Source: an uncultured delta proteobacterium (lineage in GTDB: Bacteria > Desulfobacterota > Binatia > UBA9968). Taken from it: 64,000 nt of DNA. Position 1 is the first letter of the stretch. Every line of letters begins with the position of its first letter. Below the pieces are notes generated by a model. The model saw only the letters and a list, made by a program, of their open reading frames with translations, was not told where the DNA came from and did no database searches. Where the stretch lies: contig CAVUVW010000017.1 of NCBI GenBank assembly GCA_963745035.1, positions 224,001 through 288,000 on the forward strand. Direction: 5' to 3'. This document shows positions 29,236-39,429 of the stretch, in pieces. The position numbers were made by a program, and so were the translations under genes.

Positions 29236-30093
29236 CTATCCGCGAGCATACGCCGCCAGCGCCGCGCGCCAATCGCGCATCGGCGACAAACCCAGTTCCT
29301 CTGATAGCAAACAGCGGAGCGGCGTGTAGCGTGGACGAGCGGCGACTCTTTTCATATCGCGCTCGTGGCTGATTTCGATCAGCGGATCGATCTGCTCGTG
29401 CGTCAAACCCGCGAGCCGTCCCGCTTCCAGGGCGAATTCGTAGTACGTGCAGGTGCCCGCGTTGACGACATGGTAAGTGCCGTAACGCCGCGTGCGGAGA
29501 ATTTCGAGCGTGCGCGCGATCAGGTCTTCCACGTAGGTCGTGCTCGACCAGATGTCGTCGATGGCGCGAACTTTCTTGCCGGCCTTCAAGTCACCGCCGA
29601 CGGTGCAGAGAAAGCTGTTCTTGCCGCTGCCGTAAACCCAGGACGTGCGCACGATGTAACTGCGCGCGCACACCTCGCGCACCGCCTGCTCGCCGGCGAC
29701 TTTGCTCCTGCCGTAAACATTCACCGGCCCGGGCTCGTCTTCGATCGTGTACGGCGCGCGGCCGACGTGCTCGCCTGCGAAGGCGTACTGCGTGCCGAAC
29801 TGAACGATCTCCGCGCCGACCTCGTTCGCCGCTGCGGCGAGCAGCCGCGGCCCTTCGACGTTTACGGCGCGGGCTTTGGCCGGATTCTGCTCGGACTCGT
29901 CGACTTGCAGCACGGCGCAGTTGAAAATAACCTCGGGCCCGGTCCGAGCCGTGCAATGCTCGACCGCGGCGCGATCGGTGATGTCTAAATCGGCGCGCTG
30001 CAGCGCGACCACTTCATGTTCACGCGCTCTAGTCAGTGTTCTTGCGAGATGGCTGCCAACCAGCGAGGCGGCACCGGTGATGAGAATTTTCAC
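29236..30093 (-). CDS. dTDP-4-dehydrorhamnose reductase-like extended SDR
   Basis: LDITD, YGRSK, RTSWVY, AARP motifs. Confidence 0.85.
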   Translation of the reverse strand: MKILITGAASLVGSHLARTLTRAREHEVVALQRADLDITDRAAVEHCTARTGPEVIFNCAVLQVDESEQNPAKARAVNVEGPRLLAAAANEVGAEIVQFGTQYAFAGEHVGRAPYTIEDEPGPVNVYGRSKVAGEQAVREVCARSYIVRTSWVYGSGKNSFLCTVGGDLKAGKKVRAIDDIWSSTTYVEDLIARTLEILRTRRYGTYHVVNAGTCTYYEFALEAGRLAGLTHEQIDPLIEISHERDMKRVAARPRYTPLRCLLSEELGLSPMRDWRAALAAYARG

Positions 30094-30197
30094 AGGCGGT
30101 GAGTGTAGAACGAGCGGGCGGCGCCATCAAGTTGACGACGGCGAGGTGGAAGAAAAACTCACCAGCATGATCCGCAATGGACGGTCTCATTCAAAGC

Positions 30198-30226
30198 AAA
30201 AAAAAGGGGGCCAAAGGCCCCCCTTT
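30198..30226 (-). terminator. Rho-independent terminator
   Basis: GC stem gggggcc/ggccccc with a T8 run on the minus strand after the glycine-zipper gene. Confidence 0.8.
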
Positions 30227-30251
30227 CGATCGATGATCACGCCGCGCCTAT

Positions 30252-30614
30252 TTAGTATTCCCGCCGGCGTCTGAGCTCTTCGAGATCTCTCTGCTGGCGC
30301 TCAAGCTCCAACTGGTTCTGATAGATCTGCTGATCCTGGTGCGCGGCTTGATTTTCCCGTCCTTGCAGCTGATCGCCGACCAGAGCGCCCGCGCCGAGAC
30401 CGAGCGCCGCGCCGATAGCGGCGCCCGCGCCCGGATGGCGCACCGCGGAGCCGATGATACCGCCGGCGGCTGCGCCGCCGAGCGCGCCAATGCCGGCGCC
30501 TTTTTCCCGAGTAGTGAGCGAACCGCCCGCACACCCCACGGCCAAGGTGCTTGCCAGCCCGACGCTTCCGACGACGCCGGCAAAACTCGATTTCAGATTG
30601 GACATGAATCTCAT
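30252..30614 (-). CDS. Glycine zipper (lipo)protein
   Basis: LAVGC lipobox, GAGIGALGGAAAGGIIG..GAAIGAALG. Confidence 0.85.
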   Translation of the reverse strand: MRFMSNLKSSFAGVVGSVGLASTLAVGCAGGSLTTREKGAGIGALGGAAAGGIIGSAVRHPGAGAAIGAALGLGAGALVGDQLQGRENQAAHQDQQIYQNQLELERQQRDLEELRRRREY

Positions 30615-30955
30615 AGTTTCGCCTCCTCGCATTGTTAGACGGCACAGCCAAGCGTTTGTTTACGCCTTTGCTGCTAAAAATAGCGCCGGAAGACCAACAA
30701 CTTACGAGCTAGATCACGCTTCGAATCGCCATGATGCATCGTTTGAAGTCCTCTATGCCGTGAGAGATCCGTCTTAGTGCCGCCGAAAATCTCCCGATCC
30801 AGGTAAGCGCCATAGATCATCCTGGCACAGGTCTACGTCCAGCTACCTAGAAGTCGAGCGCGCCATGACGGCACCAGGCCGCTTCCTCGGTTGGGGAGTG
30901 AAGAAGTGAAGCAGTGGGTGTTTTCGCGGGAAAAGAAAGCCGAGTATGCGCAAAG

Positions 30956-31810
30956 CTAGAAATCGGGTCCGCGCGACTTTAGAGCGGCCGATTGCGGCGG
31001 CCGCTTGTCTTCCACGAGCTCGAGTTGAACGCTGCCGAAGGCGATTTTGCTGCTGAGCTTTACTGGCACTCGGCGCTCGTCGGTGGAGATCCAGATCGTC
31101 GCCTCGTTGAAACGGTTGGCATAGCCCTTCTTCGTGATGTTTTGAACGCGCGGAATGATGCGGTAGGCTTCGACGCTGTTGCCGGACCGCAGCTCAACCT
31201 GCTCTTTCCTTTCGACAAACAGCTCCAGCAGATATTGATAACGCCCGCCAAAGACCTTGAAATAGAGCTTATCGCCGACTTTGAAATCAACGCTTCGCGC
31301 CAGATAGACGGCCGTGATCGGGTCGAGTGTGTTGTTCGAGTCGAAATGGTAAACACGGGGCTTCTTGCCGGCCTGCTGCCGGTTGACGGCCCACCGCTTG
31401 GACGCGGGATTGAAACGCGCATCGGTGTCGATCACTCGGGAATTTTCCCGCTGGTTGAAAGTAAAGTGCGACGGCGAGAGCGACTTGGCGTCGAAGGTCG
31501 AGCTGATGGTATCGCGCATGCGCCAGATCAAATCGAGGGCCCGGGAAGTCTTCGCCTCGACCCGCACCTGGTAGACTTTCTTGCCGTCGACGACGGCAAG
31601 AACCGTATGAATTTCAGCTGTGGCCACGGAAAGCATGCCATTCCAAGTCGCCTGATAAACTTCTTTCTCGCCGTCTTCGAAGGGATAAAATTTAGGCTGG
31701 TAAGCGGGCACGGCCTCGGGCTTGATCATCGCCTCGCCCGCCCGGGAGATCGAGGCGACCATGAAGCAAAGCACAATAACGAGACCGATCAAAATTTTTC
31801 TATAAGGCAT
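30956..31810 (-). CDS. DUF3108 domain-containing exported protein
   Basis: PFEDGE..Y, LDPITAVY, IWISTDERRVPVKL. Confidence 0.8.
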   Translation of the reverse strand: MPYRKILIGLVIVLCFMVASISRAGEAMIKPEAVPAYQPKFYPFEDGEKEVYQATWNGMLSVATAEIHTVLAVVDGKKVYQVRVEAKTSRALDLIWRMRDTISSTFDAKSLSPSHFTFNQRENSRVIDTDARFNPASKRWAVNRQQAGKKPRVYHFDSNNTLDPITAVYLARSVDFKVGDKLYFKVFGGRYQYLLELFVERKEQVELRSGNSVEAYRIIPRVQNITKKGYANRFNEATIWISTDERRVPVKLSSKIAFGSVQLELVEDKRPPQSAALKSRGPDF

Positions 31811-32013
31811 GACAATCGTTAGACGCGTCGGGTCGGCAATCGTTTATCCGACAAAGCTGGCACGAGATATTTTTTTGGCGAATCGTTGCGGCGGAAGGCT
31901 CGCGGCTCTTTTCGACTTCGCCTACGATAGCAGAACCGCCGCGTTAAGTCTCTGATTAATTGCGGTCAGCCCCTGGTTCAGGCTACTATCCGACAGAATA
32001 AAGGAGGAAGCGA

Positions 32014-33171
32014 GTGCTGTCAAAATATCGTCGGGTGCTTGCAGTCACTTTGTGTTGGACCATTTTTCCCGTGCTGGATGCGTCTTCATGGGCGCAAACC
32101 GCCGCTGCGCCGGCGGCATCGGCAATGCCGACCTTGGAAGCGGTTAAATCGTGCTTGAACAGCCGGCGGAGCGCCGAGTGTCTCGACGGATTGTTCGCCG
32201 AGGCGCTCAAAACCCACTCGACTTTCGAAGTCCTGCAACTGATCCAACGCTTCGAGGCACAGGATCCGGAGCTGCGACGCGACTGCCACCCCGTCGTGCA
32301 CGCCGTCGGCCGCGAGACCTATCGGATCAAAGGCAATATCCACGATTCCTTCACCGCCTGTGATCAGACCTGTCACTCGGGCTGCTATCACGGCTCCGTC
32401 GAACGTTTTCTTCGCGGCGACGATCTGTATTCTCAAGTCGACAAGCATCCCAGCGCCGCCGAGCTGAAACAAAAGGCGGCGCTCGCCTGCGACCCAAACA
32501 TCCCCCTTCGCCTGCGCTTTCAGTGCCTGCACGGCCTCGGCCACGCGCTGCTGTTTTTTTCCCGCTACCAGTTGCAGGCGTCTCTGGACGCCTGCAACGC
32601 GCTCCCGGACGACTGGAGCCGCAGCTCCTGCTACGGCGGCGTGTTCATGGAAAACGTCTTCAACGCCACGCCGGAAAGCCGCGATTTAAGCCCGACGGAT
32701 TACCACTATCCGTGCAACAAAGTCGCCGACGAGTACCGCGGCGAGTGCTACAACATGCAAACCTCGCGCATGACCGAGATGGGGCTGAGCACCGAGAGGA
32801 TCTTCCAAGAATGTGAGCGGGCCGGCGCCTTTCGCCAGCCCTGCTTTGTGTCGGTCGGCCGCGATCTATCGAATGAAGTGCGCCTCGGCCGGACCCGTCC
32901 GGCGGCGCAGAAATGCGAGCTGGTCACGGGCCACAGCCGCCTTTCCTGCATGCACGGCGTCGTCTACGCGCTGATCGACAATACCTGGGACGGGCGCTAC
33001 GCGCTGCCGTTTTGCGCAAGCTTCGCGCAAGAGAACGATCAGGTCACCTGCATGCGGGAAAGCGCGAAATATCTCACCGGCACCTTCGAGAAGTCCCCGG
33101 TGGAGATCGCAAGACAATGCGCCGCGCACCTGCTCTCCTCCGAGCGCTGCGCCGAGATCAGTGCGCAGTGA
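32014..33171 (+). CDS. Secreted Cys/His-rich repeat protein of unknown function
   Basis: Signal peptide; 21 Cys; CHxxxHxxG, CYHG, CLHGLGH, CYGGVFMEN motifs; AGGAGG RBS. Confidence 0.8.
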   Translation: MLSKYRRVLAVTLCWTIFPVLDASSWAQTAAAPAASAMPTLEAVKSCLNSRRSAECLDGLFAEALKTHSTFEVLQLIQRFEAQDPELRRDCHPVVHAVGRETYRIKGNIHDSFTACDQTCHSGCYHGSVERFLRGDDLYSQVDKHPSAAELKQKAALACDPNIPLRLRFQCLHGLGHALLFFSRYQLQASLDACNALPDDWSRSSCYGGVFMENVFNATPESRDLSPTDYHYPCNKVADEYRGECYNMQTSRMTEMGLSTERIFQECERAGAFRQPCFVSVGRDLSNEVRLGRTRPAAQKCELVTGHSRLSCMHGVVYALIDNTWDGRYALPFCASFAQENDQVTCMRESAKYLTGTFEKSPVEIARQCAAHLLSSERCAEISAQ

Positions 33172-33260
33172 AATCCGGCCAAACATTCGCTTCCCGCCCC
33201 TTGTCAGCGCAGTGACTAAGTGACAAGCTGAAACTAGTTTGTCTCACGGAGCGCCACAGC

Positions 33261-33647
33261 ATGAAACCGCCGCTTCTGTTGCTCGTTGACGATGAAGTCG
33301 GGGTACGCGAGTCGCTCAAGATGGTCTTTGGAAAAGGCTACCACCTGCTCGAGGCCGACTCGGTCGATGCCGCGATTGCCCAGGTGGATCGGGCGCGGCC
33401 CGACGTTGTGCTGCTAGACGTGCTCATGCCGAGAGCCGACGGCCTTCAAGCTCTCCAGCGCATCAAAGAAATTCATCCAAGCTGCGCGGTGATCATGCTC
33501 ACCGGCGTCAACTCGCAACAATTGGCGACCAAAGCCATCGATTCCGGAGCCTTCGACTTTATCGGCAAGCCATTCGACATCAACGATCTGCGTCAGAAGG
33601 TTGCGCGCGCGTTGGAATCGACCACGGCCAAGCCGCCGACCCAGTGA
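33261..33647 (+). CDS. Single-domain response regulator receiver
   Basis: VDDE, LLDV, T, KPF. Confidence 0.9.
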   Translation: MKPPLLLLVDDEVGVRESLKMVFGKGYHLLEADSVDAAIAQVDRARPDVVLLDVLMPRADGLQALQRIKEIHPSCAVIMLTGVNSQQLATKAIDSGAFDFIGKPFDINDLRQKVARALESTTAKPPTQ

Positions 33648-34294
33648 TCTTCCCCGCACGTTCGCTCATGCCCCGAAAGCCTCGGCATTTTCTGAAATTT
33701 GTGTTGGCGCTTTGCCTGCTCGCCGGCGGCTGCGCCCGCCTCAAACAATGCGCCTATGAAGGCATCGGCCGCGACGACTGGCAGCAGCCGCAGAAAGTAG
33801 TGGCCGCGCTCAAAATCCAACCCGGCGCCGTCGTCGCCGACCTCGGCTCGGGGAGCGGCTATTTCACTTTCCGACTCAACGAGGCGGTCGGACCCGGCGG
33901 GAAAGTCTACGCGGTGGACGTCGATCCCGATATGATCGAGCTGATCGCGAAGGCCGCCAAAGACAAGCGTCAAAGCAATATCGAAACAATTCTCGCCAAG
34001 CCCGAGAATCCTTTATTGCCCAAAGCCGGCGTCGATCTGATCTTCACGTCGAATACCTACCATCACATCGACGATCGCGTCGCGTATTTCGCCAATCTCC
34101 GGCAATTTCTTCGTCCGGGAGGAAGGGTGGCGATCATCGAGTTTGACCGCCGCGGCTGGCTGCAAGGCCTGCTGCGCCACTACACGCCGAGCGAGTTCAT
34201 CCAACGCGAAATGGAGCAGGCCGGCTACCGCCTGCAGGAGAATTTCGATTTTCTCGATCGTCAATCTTTCTTGATCTTCGCGCCGAAATCGTAG
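33644..34294 (+). CDS. Class I SAM-dependent methyltransferase (possible lipoprotein)
   Basis: VADLGSGSG, YAVDVD, LRPGG; LAGGC lipobox-like sequence. Confidence 0.88.
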   Translation: MIFPARSLMPRKPRHFLKFVLALCLLAGGCARLKQCAYEGIGRDDWQQPQKVVAALKIQPGAVVADLGSGSGYFTFRLNEAVGPGGKVYAVDVDPDMIELIAKAAKDKRQSNIETILAKPENPLLPKAGVDLIFTSNTYHHIDDRVAYFANLRQFLRPGGRVAIIEFDRRGWLQGLLRHYTPSEFIQREMEQAGYRLQENFDFLDRQSFLIFAPKS

Positions 34295-34454
34295 CCGCCG
34301 TCCGTTCGCCGCTGCTTTACCTGTCGGGATGACCAAATTGTTGTGCCGAAAGTATTCGCCCCTCGCGGAAGCAATTTTTAACGTCCGCTTGGAGCGCTTC
34401 CGCGCTTGCTCCCCCGAGACAAAATAGGTAATTTACGTTTCGATTGGAGCTTCC

Positions 34455-36455
34455 TTGACGACAACCTACATTCTTAAAAACTCCACGCTACCCGTCCGCA
34501 GCAGTTCAGGGCTCGACTATCGCAAGGAGTTAAACGAGGCGCAGTACCAGGCGGCGGCCGCGATGGAAGGGCCGCTGCTGATCATCGCCGGCGCCGGCAC
34601 GGGCAAGACGCGCACGCTGGTCTACCGCGTCGCCCACCTCATTGATCAAGGCGTCGATCCGCGCTCGATCCTGTTGCTGACGTTTACCCGGCGCGCCGCC
34701 GAGGAAATGCTCCGGCGCGCGAGCCTGTTGATCGACGGTCGGTGCAGCCAGGTGGCCGGCGGCACCTTTCATTCTTTCGCCAACCTGGTGCTGCGCATGA
34801 ACGGGCGTTATCTCGGCCTCTCGCCCTCGTTCACGATCATGGATCGCTCCGACAGCGAGGACGTGATTCAGCTCATCCGCAGCGACATGGGTTTGAACAC
34901 CAAGGAGAAGCGTTTTCCGCGCAAGCAGACGGTGGCGGAAATCTTCAGCATGACCCACAACAAACAGGCCAGGCTGGGCGACTTGCTCGAGTTGGAATAT
35001 CCGCACCTGGTCGAAGTTGGTTTCGAATTGAGCGATCTATTGACCCGTTATAGCACTTACAAAAGCGAAAAGTCGCTGCTCGATTACGACGACCTGCTGG
35101 TGAAACTCCGCGATCTTCTGGCCGATCACGCCGGCGCGCGCGAGCGCCTGTCCGACATGTATCGGTTCATCATGGTCGATGAGTACCAGGACACCAACCA
35201 ACTTCAGAATCAGATCGTCCGCCTGCTCGCCGCAACCCACGACAACGTCGCCGTAGTCGGCGATGACGCGCAAAGCATTTACTCGTTCCGCGGCGCCGAT
35301 TTCCGCAACATCATGGATTTTCCCAAGCAGTTCCCGGGCGCCCGCATCATCAAGCTCGAAGAAAATTATCGCAGCACCCAGCCGATCCTGAATCTGACCA
35401 ACGAGATCATCCAGCGCGCCAAAGAAGGCTATGAGAAGCGCCTGTTCACTCGCAAGAGCGTCGGCACACGGCCCAAGCTGGTGGCGGCGGCGAGCGAGCA
35501 GATGCAGTCCCAGTTCGTCTGCCAGAAGATTTTGGAGCTGCGCGAAGAGGGCGTGCCGTTGTGGGACATCGCGGTACTCTTCCGTTCGAGCTTTCATTCC
35601 TTCGATCTGGAAATCGAGCTGGCGCGCCATAACATTCCGTTCGTCAAGCGCGGCGGTTTTCAGTTCATGGAAACCTCCCATGTCAAAGACTTGCTCGCGC
35701 ACATGCGGGTGCTCGCCAATCCGCAGGATGCGGTTTCGTGGAATCGCGTCCTGCTGCTCCTTGAAGGCATCGGCCCTGGCGCCTGTCAAAAGATTATCAA
35801 ATGGCTGCTCGCCGGCACCAACGCAGTCGAGCGTCTGCGCTCCTACCCGGCCAAAGGCAAGATCGCCCACGGGCTTCGCACCCTCGCGCAGGTGCTCGAA
35901 GAAGCCGGACAAGCCGAGCTGCCGCCCGAGCAGGCGCAATACTTGATGCAGTATTACGCGCCGCTCCTCAAGCAGAATTATCCCGACGACCATCCCAAGC
36001 GCCTGAGAGACCTGGAACATTTTCAGGGCATGACCGAGCGCTATCGGAGCCTCGAGCGTCTGCTGAGCGACATGGCGCTCGAGCCGCCCAACGACAGCAT
36101 CGGCGGCGTCCTCGCCGTCGATCCCGACGAAGGCCCGCTGGTGCTCTCGACGATTCATTCGGCCAAGGGGCTGGAGTTTCATTCGGTATTCATCATCTGG
36201 GCGTTGGAGGGAAGATTCCCTTCCTTTTACAACACCACCAGCGTGGAAGAGCTCGAGGAAGAGCGCCGCCTGTTGTACGTCGCCGCCACCCGCGCCAAAC
36301 AGAATCTTTTTATCAGCTATCCGACGCAGGTTTTCGACAAGAGCTTGCGCATGGTATTGTCCCGCCCGTCGCAGTTCATCGACGAGATGCCGCCACGGCT
36401 GCTCGAACCGATTGCCCTGGTGCCCGAGGGATCTTACTGGGATTGGGAGAGTTGA
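34455..36455 (+). CDS. UvrD/Rep/PcrA-family ATP-dependent helicase
   Basis: AGAGTGKT, VDEYQD, NYRS, STIHSAKGLEF, EERRLLYVAATRA. Confidence 0.95.
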   Translation: MTTTYILKNSTLPVRSSSGLDYRKELNEAQYQAAAAMEGPLLIIAGAGTGKTRTLVYRVAHLIDQGVDPRSILLLTFTRRAAEEMLRRASLLIDGRCSQVAGGTFHSFANLVLRMNGRYLGLSPSFTIMDRSDSEDVIQLIRSDMGLNTKEKRFPRKQTVAEIFSMTHNKQARLGDLLELEYPHLVEVGFELSDLLTRYSTYKSEKSLLDYDDLLVKLRDLLADHAGARERLSDMYRFIMVDEYQDTNQLQNQIVRLLAATHDNVAVVGDDAQSIYSFRGADFRNIMDFPKQFPGARIIKLEENYRSTQPILNLTNEIIQRAKEGYEKRLFTRKSVGTRPKLVAAASEQMQSQFVCQKILELREEGVPLWDIAVLFRSSFHSFDLEIELARHNIPFVKRGGFQFMETSHVKDLLAHMRVLANPQDAVSWNRVLLLLEGIGPGACQKIIKWLLAGTNAVERLRSYPAKGKIAHGLRTLAQVLEEAGQAELPPEQAQYLMQYYAPLLKQNYPDDHPKRLRDLEHFQGMTERYRSLERLLSDMALEPPNDSIGGVLAVDPDEGPLVLSTIHSAKGLEFHSVFIIWALEGRFPSFYNTTSVEELEEERRLLYVAATRAKQNLFISYPTQVFDKSLRMVLSRPSQFIDEMPPRLLEPIALVPEGSYWDWES

Positions 36456-36457
36456 AG

Positions 36458-37966
36458 ATGCTCCAACTGCTGCACTACATCGTTGTCTTCGTCAGCGGCG
36501 CGGTGCTGATGGCGCTGGAGATCGCCGGCAGCCGCGTCCTGGCGCCTCACTTCGGCAGCTCGATCTTCGTCTGGGGAAGCTTGATCTCCGTGGTCATGAC
36601 CGCGCTCAGCATCGGCTACTACTGGGGCGGCTGGTTGTCGACGCGGGAACCGTCGTACGGCAAGCTCATGCTTTTGCTCCTGATTCCCGGCATCGCGGTT
36701 TTCTTTTTGCCGTTTCTCTACCCCGCGATCAACGAATGGATCGCCATGAGAGACTTCGGCACCCGGATGAATCCGCTCATCGCCTGCTCCGTGCTCTTTC
36801 TGCTGCCGGGAGTCTTTATGGGCACCATCTCGCCCTATGTGATCCGGCTGGCCGCCACCCAACTCCATACCGTCGGCAGCACCGCCGGCACGCTCTACGC
36901 CGTGTCGACGGCGGGCAGCATTTTTGGCACCTTGCTCACCGCCTTTTATCTGATCCCGGTTCTCGGCGTGAGCAATATCATTCATACCCTGGGGGTTGTG
37001 CTGGTTTGTTTGTCGCTACTTGTAGTACCCTTGATTCGCCTACGGCGCGTGTCGCCGGCGCGGGTCGTCGCGACCGTCTCGGCCGCGTTCGCAGTCTTGA
37101 ATTTGGTATGGGCGCCGGTCGCCTGGACAAAAACTCTCTTGCAAAAAGACACCTTCTACCATCGCATCCGCATCGAGGAGGACGACGAAGCGCGCTACAT
37201 GTACTTCGACCGCACGCTCCAGAGCGCGATGAATCTTAAAGATCCGACGGCGCTTCGGCTGATTTATTCGAAGTACACCTCCATCGGATTGACCTTCCGT
37301 CCTGACGCCAAGAAGATGCTCATCATCGGACTGGGCGGCGGCTCGATCCCCAAGAAGATTCAAAAAGAGTTCCCGCACATGGAGATCGACGCCGTCGAAA
37401 TCGATCCGGAAGTGATCAAGATGGCGAAGGACTTTTTCAACGTCAAGGAAAGCAACTTGCTCCGGCTGCACGCTCAGGACGGCCGCTTGTTCATGGCGCG
37501 GACAAAGCACCAATACGACATCATCCTGCTCGACGCCTATTATACCGATGCCATGCCCTTTCACCTCACGACCAAAGAATTCTTCGCGCTGGCCCAGAAG
37601 AAACTGACGCCGAACGGCATTATCGTCGCCAACCTCATCAGCGCGGTCACCGGCCCGTCCGGCAAGATCGCCCGCGCTTTTGTGCGCACCCAGCGCCAGC
37701 TTTTTCCCCAGACCTACGTCTTTGCCGCGCGCCGCCCGGACAACGTGAGTCTGGATACGATCCAAAATGTGATCGTAGTGGCGACCCGCGACAAGCAGCC
37801 TGTCGATATCAAGGAAATCGTCAAGCGCGCCGGCACCCTCGACAAGGGCCTGTTTCCCAATCCGCTTCAGGATATCGCCGTCGCCTACTTCGACAAACCG
37901 CTGCCGGAAGATGTTCCCGTACTCACCGATGACTACGCGCCGACGGATAATTTGCTCAATCCTTAG
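36458..37966 (+). CDS. Fused MFS-like membrane domain / spermidine synthase-like methyltransferase
   Basis: TM N-terminus (SGAVLMALEI), IGLGGGS, DGR, LDAY, LTDDYAP. Confidence 0.9.
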   Translation: MLQLLHYIVVFVSGAVLMALEIAGSRVLAPHFGSSIFVWGSLISVVMTALSIGYYWGGWLSTREPSYGKLMLLLLIPGIAVFFLPFLYPAINEWIAMRDFGTRMNPLIACSVLFLLPGVFMGTISPYVIRLAATQLHTVGSTAGTLYAVSTAGSIFGTLLTAFYLIPVLGVSNIIHTLGVVLVCLSLLVVPLIRLRRVSPARVVATVSAAFAVLNLVWAPVAWTKTLLQKDTFYHRIRIEEDDEARYMYFDRTLQSAMNLKDPTALRLIYSKYTSIGLTFRPDAKKMLIIGLGGGSIPKKIQKEFPHMEIDAVEIDPEVIKMAKDFFNVKESNLLRLHAQDGRLFMARTKHQYDIILLDAYYTDAMPFHLTTKEFFALAQKKLTPNGIIVANLISAVTGPSGKIARAFVRTQRQLFPQTYVFAARRPDNVSLDTIQNVIVVATRDKQPVDIKEIVKRAGTLDKGLFPNPLQDIAVAYFDKPLPEDVPVLTDDYAPTDNLLNP

Positions 37967-38582
37967 CGCGCTCCTTTTCTCCTCCTGTTCGCTGCTCGGC
38001 CCCGAAACGCCGCAACGGTTGGTGCGCGTCAAAGTTCTCGCCGACGTTTCCTTCCGCGCGCGCAATCCGAACTGGACCGAAGAGGCGCGCGGCATCGTCG
38101 AGGCCGCTTCGGACTACTATGAGCGCGAGTTCGATATTCGCATCATGACGCAAAGCGTTGCCGCCTGGCCGGCTGCGGCGCGGGTGGACTCCACGCCGGC
38201 TTTGATGGCCATGCTGCAAAAAGAATTTCCCATTCACGGAAAGAATGGCAGCTACGATTTGATCGTCGCTTTTACCGGCGAAAACACCAGCCGGTATTTG
38301 ACCGCCGGGCGCCCGCGCGTCGACCGCATCGGCGACTGCACGCAGGGTTTGTCCAACTACGTCGTCGTCCCGATCGGCAAGGTCTTTCACTACCAGGGCG
38401 CGAGCGCGGAGCCGGAATTCGACGTGATCGCCTTGATTCACGAGCTTGGCCACGTCTTCGGCGCCGAGCACGTCGAAGACACCCGATCGCTCATGCACGA
38501 AAATTTCGGCTACCGCACCGAATTTGATGGTAAGAACCGCGACATCATCCGGAAGAATCGCGCCTGCGCGTTTGCCAAATAA
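37911..38582 (+). CDS. Metzincin (M12-like) zinc metalloprotease lipoprotein
   Basis: HELGHVFGAEH with Met-turn SLM; LFSSC lipobox; start uncertain. Confidence 0.8.
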   Translation: MFPYSPMTTRRRIICSILSALLFSSCSLLGPETPQRLVRVKVLADVSFRARNPNWTEEARGIVEAASDYYEREFDIRIMTQSVAAWPAAARVDSTPALMAMLQKEFPIHGKNGSYDLIVAFTGENTSRYLTAGRPRVDRIGDCTQGLSNYVVVPIGKVFHYQGASAEPEFDVIALIHELGHVFGAEHVEDTRSLMHENFGYRTEFDGKNRDIIRKNRACAFAK

Positions 38583-38588
38583 AGAAGA

Positions 38589-38657
38589 AGGCAATAGGCA
38601 TTAGACAACAGGCAACAGTTCGGATCTAGGATTTTCCTGCTCAGTGCCCAATGCCTA
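38589..38657. repeat. 7-nt period inverted repeat (AGGCAAT arm / TGCCTA arm)
   Basis: aggcaat aggcatt agacaac aggcaac .. gtgccca atgccta. Confidence 0.7.
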
Positions 38658-38659
38658 CT

Positions 38660-39418
38660 ATGCTAGAGAATGTCCGCATCGTGATGGTCCGGCCGCGCGG
38701 CTCGGGCAATATCGGCTCGGTTGCGCGCGCGATGAAAAATCTCGGCGCCAAGGAGCTCGCCATCGTCGGCAACGCGCGCACGCAGAGCTTTTGGGCGAGA
38801 GCGATGGCCGTGCACGGACGCGACATTTTGGCGCAAGCCAAGGGTTACCCGACCATCCGCGAAGCGATTGCCGACTGCACGTTGGTCGTCGGCACCACGT
38901 GCCGGCCCGGACTTTATCGCAGTCACAGCCAAGCGCCGCGCGCCGTCGCGCCGGCCGTGGTCTCCGCGGCGCAAAAAGGTAAGGTCGCCTTGCTCTTCGG
39001 TCCCGAGGACCACGGCCTCAGCAACAAGGACCTGGAACACTGCCAGATGCTCGTGACGATTCCGGCCCAGACGGAGTACCAGTCGTTCAATGTCGCGCAG
39101 GCGGCGGTGATTTTCCTTTACGAGCTTTACGTCGCGTCGCTCACTCCAGAGGATGAAGACGGCATTCAGCGGGCGGAGGCGGAGCAGATCGAGCGGCTGT
39201 TCGACATTATGCGCGCCTCCTTGCTGAAGATCGGTTTTCTCGACGCGGAGAATCCCGAGCACATGCTGCTCGCTTTGCGGCGCATTCTGGGCCGCGCCGG
39301 CCTGGAAGAAAAAGACGTGCGCATCCTCACCGGGATGTTCCGCCAGATCGAATGGTATGCCCATCAGGGCTGGAAAGTCGTCGAGGAAAAAGAAAAACGG
39401 GGCATCAAGATTCGCTAG
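38660..39418 (+). CDS. trmJ: tRNA (cytidine/uridine-2'-O)-methyltransferase, TrmJ family
   Basis: GNIGSVARAMKN, FGPEDHGLSN, SFNVAQA SPOUT motifs. Confidence 0.85.
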   Translation: MLENVRIVMVRPRGSGNIGSVARAMKNLGAKELAIVGNARTQSFWARAMAVHGRDILAQAKGYPTIREAIADCTLVVGTTCRPGLYRSHSQAPRAVAPAVVSAAQKGKVALLFGPEDHGLSNKDLEHCQMLVTIPAQTEYQSFNVAQAAVIFLYELYVASLTPEDEDGIQRAEAEQIERLFDIMRASLLKIGFLDAENPEHMLLALRRILGRAGLEEKDVRILTGMFRQIEWYAHQGWKVVEEKEKRGIKIR

Positions 39419-39429
39419 GAGGTCTTACC

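Noticed and set aside
31858-31872. TGGCACG as a sigma54 -24 element
   Set aside because: There is no GC at the -12 position.
35801-36457. 721-aa ORF as a long fusion overlapping the helicase
   Set aside because: The N-terminal 219 aa are an Arg/Ala-rich alternative frame; the real gene starts at 36458.
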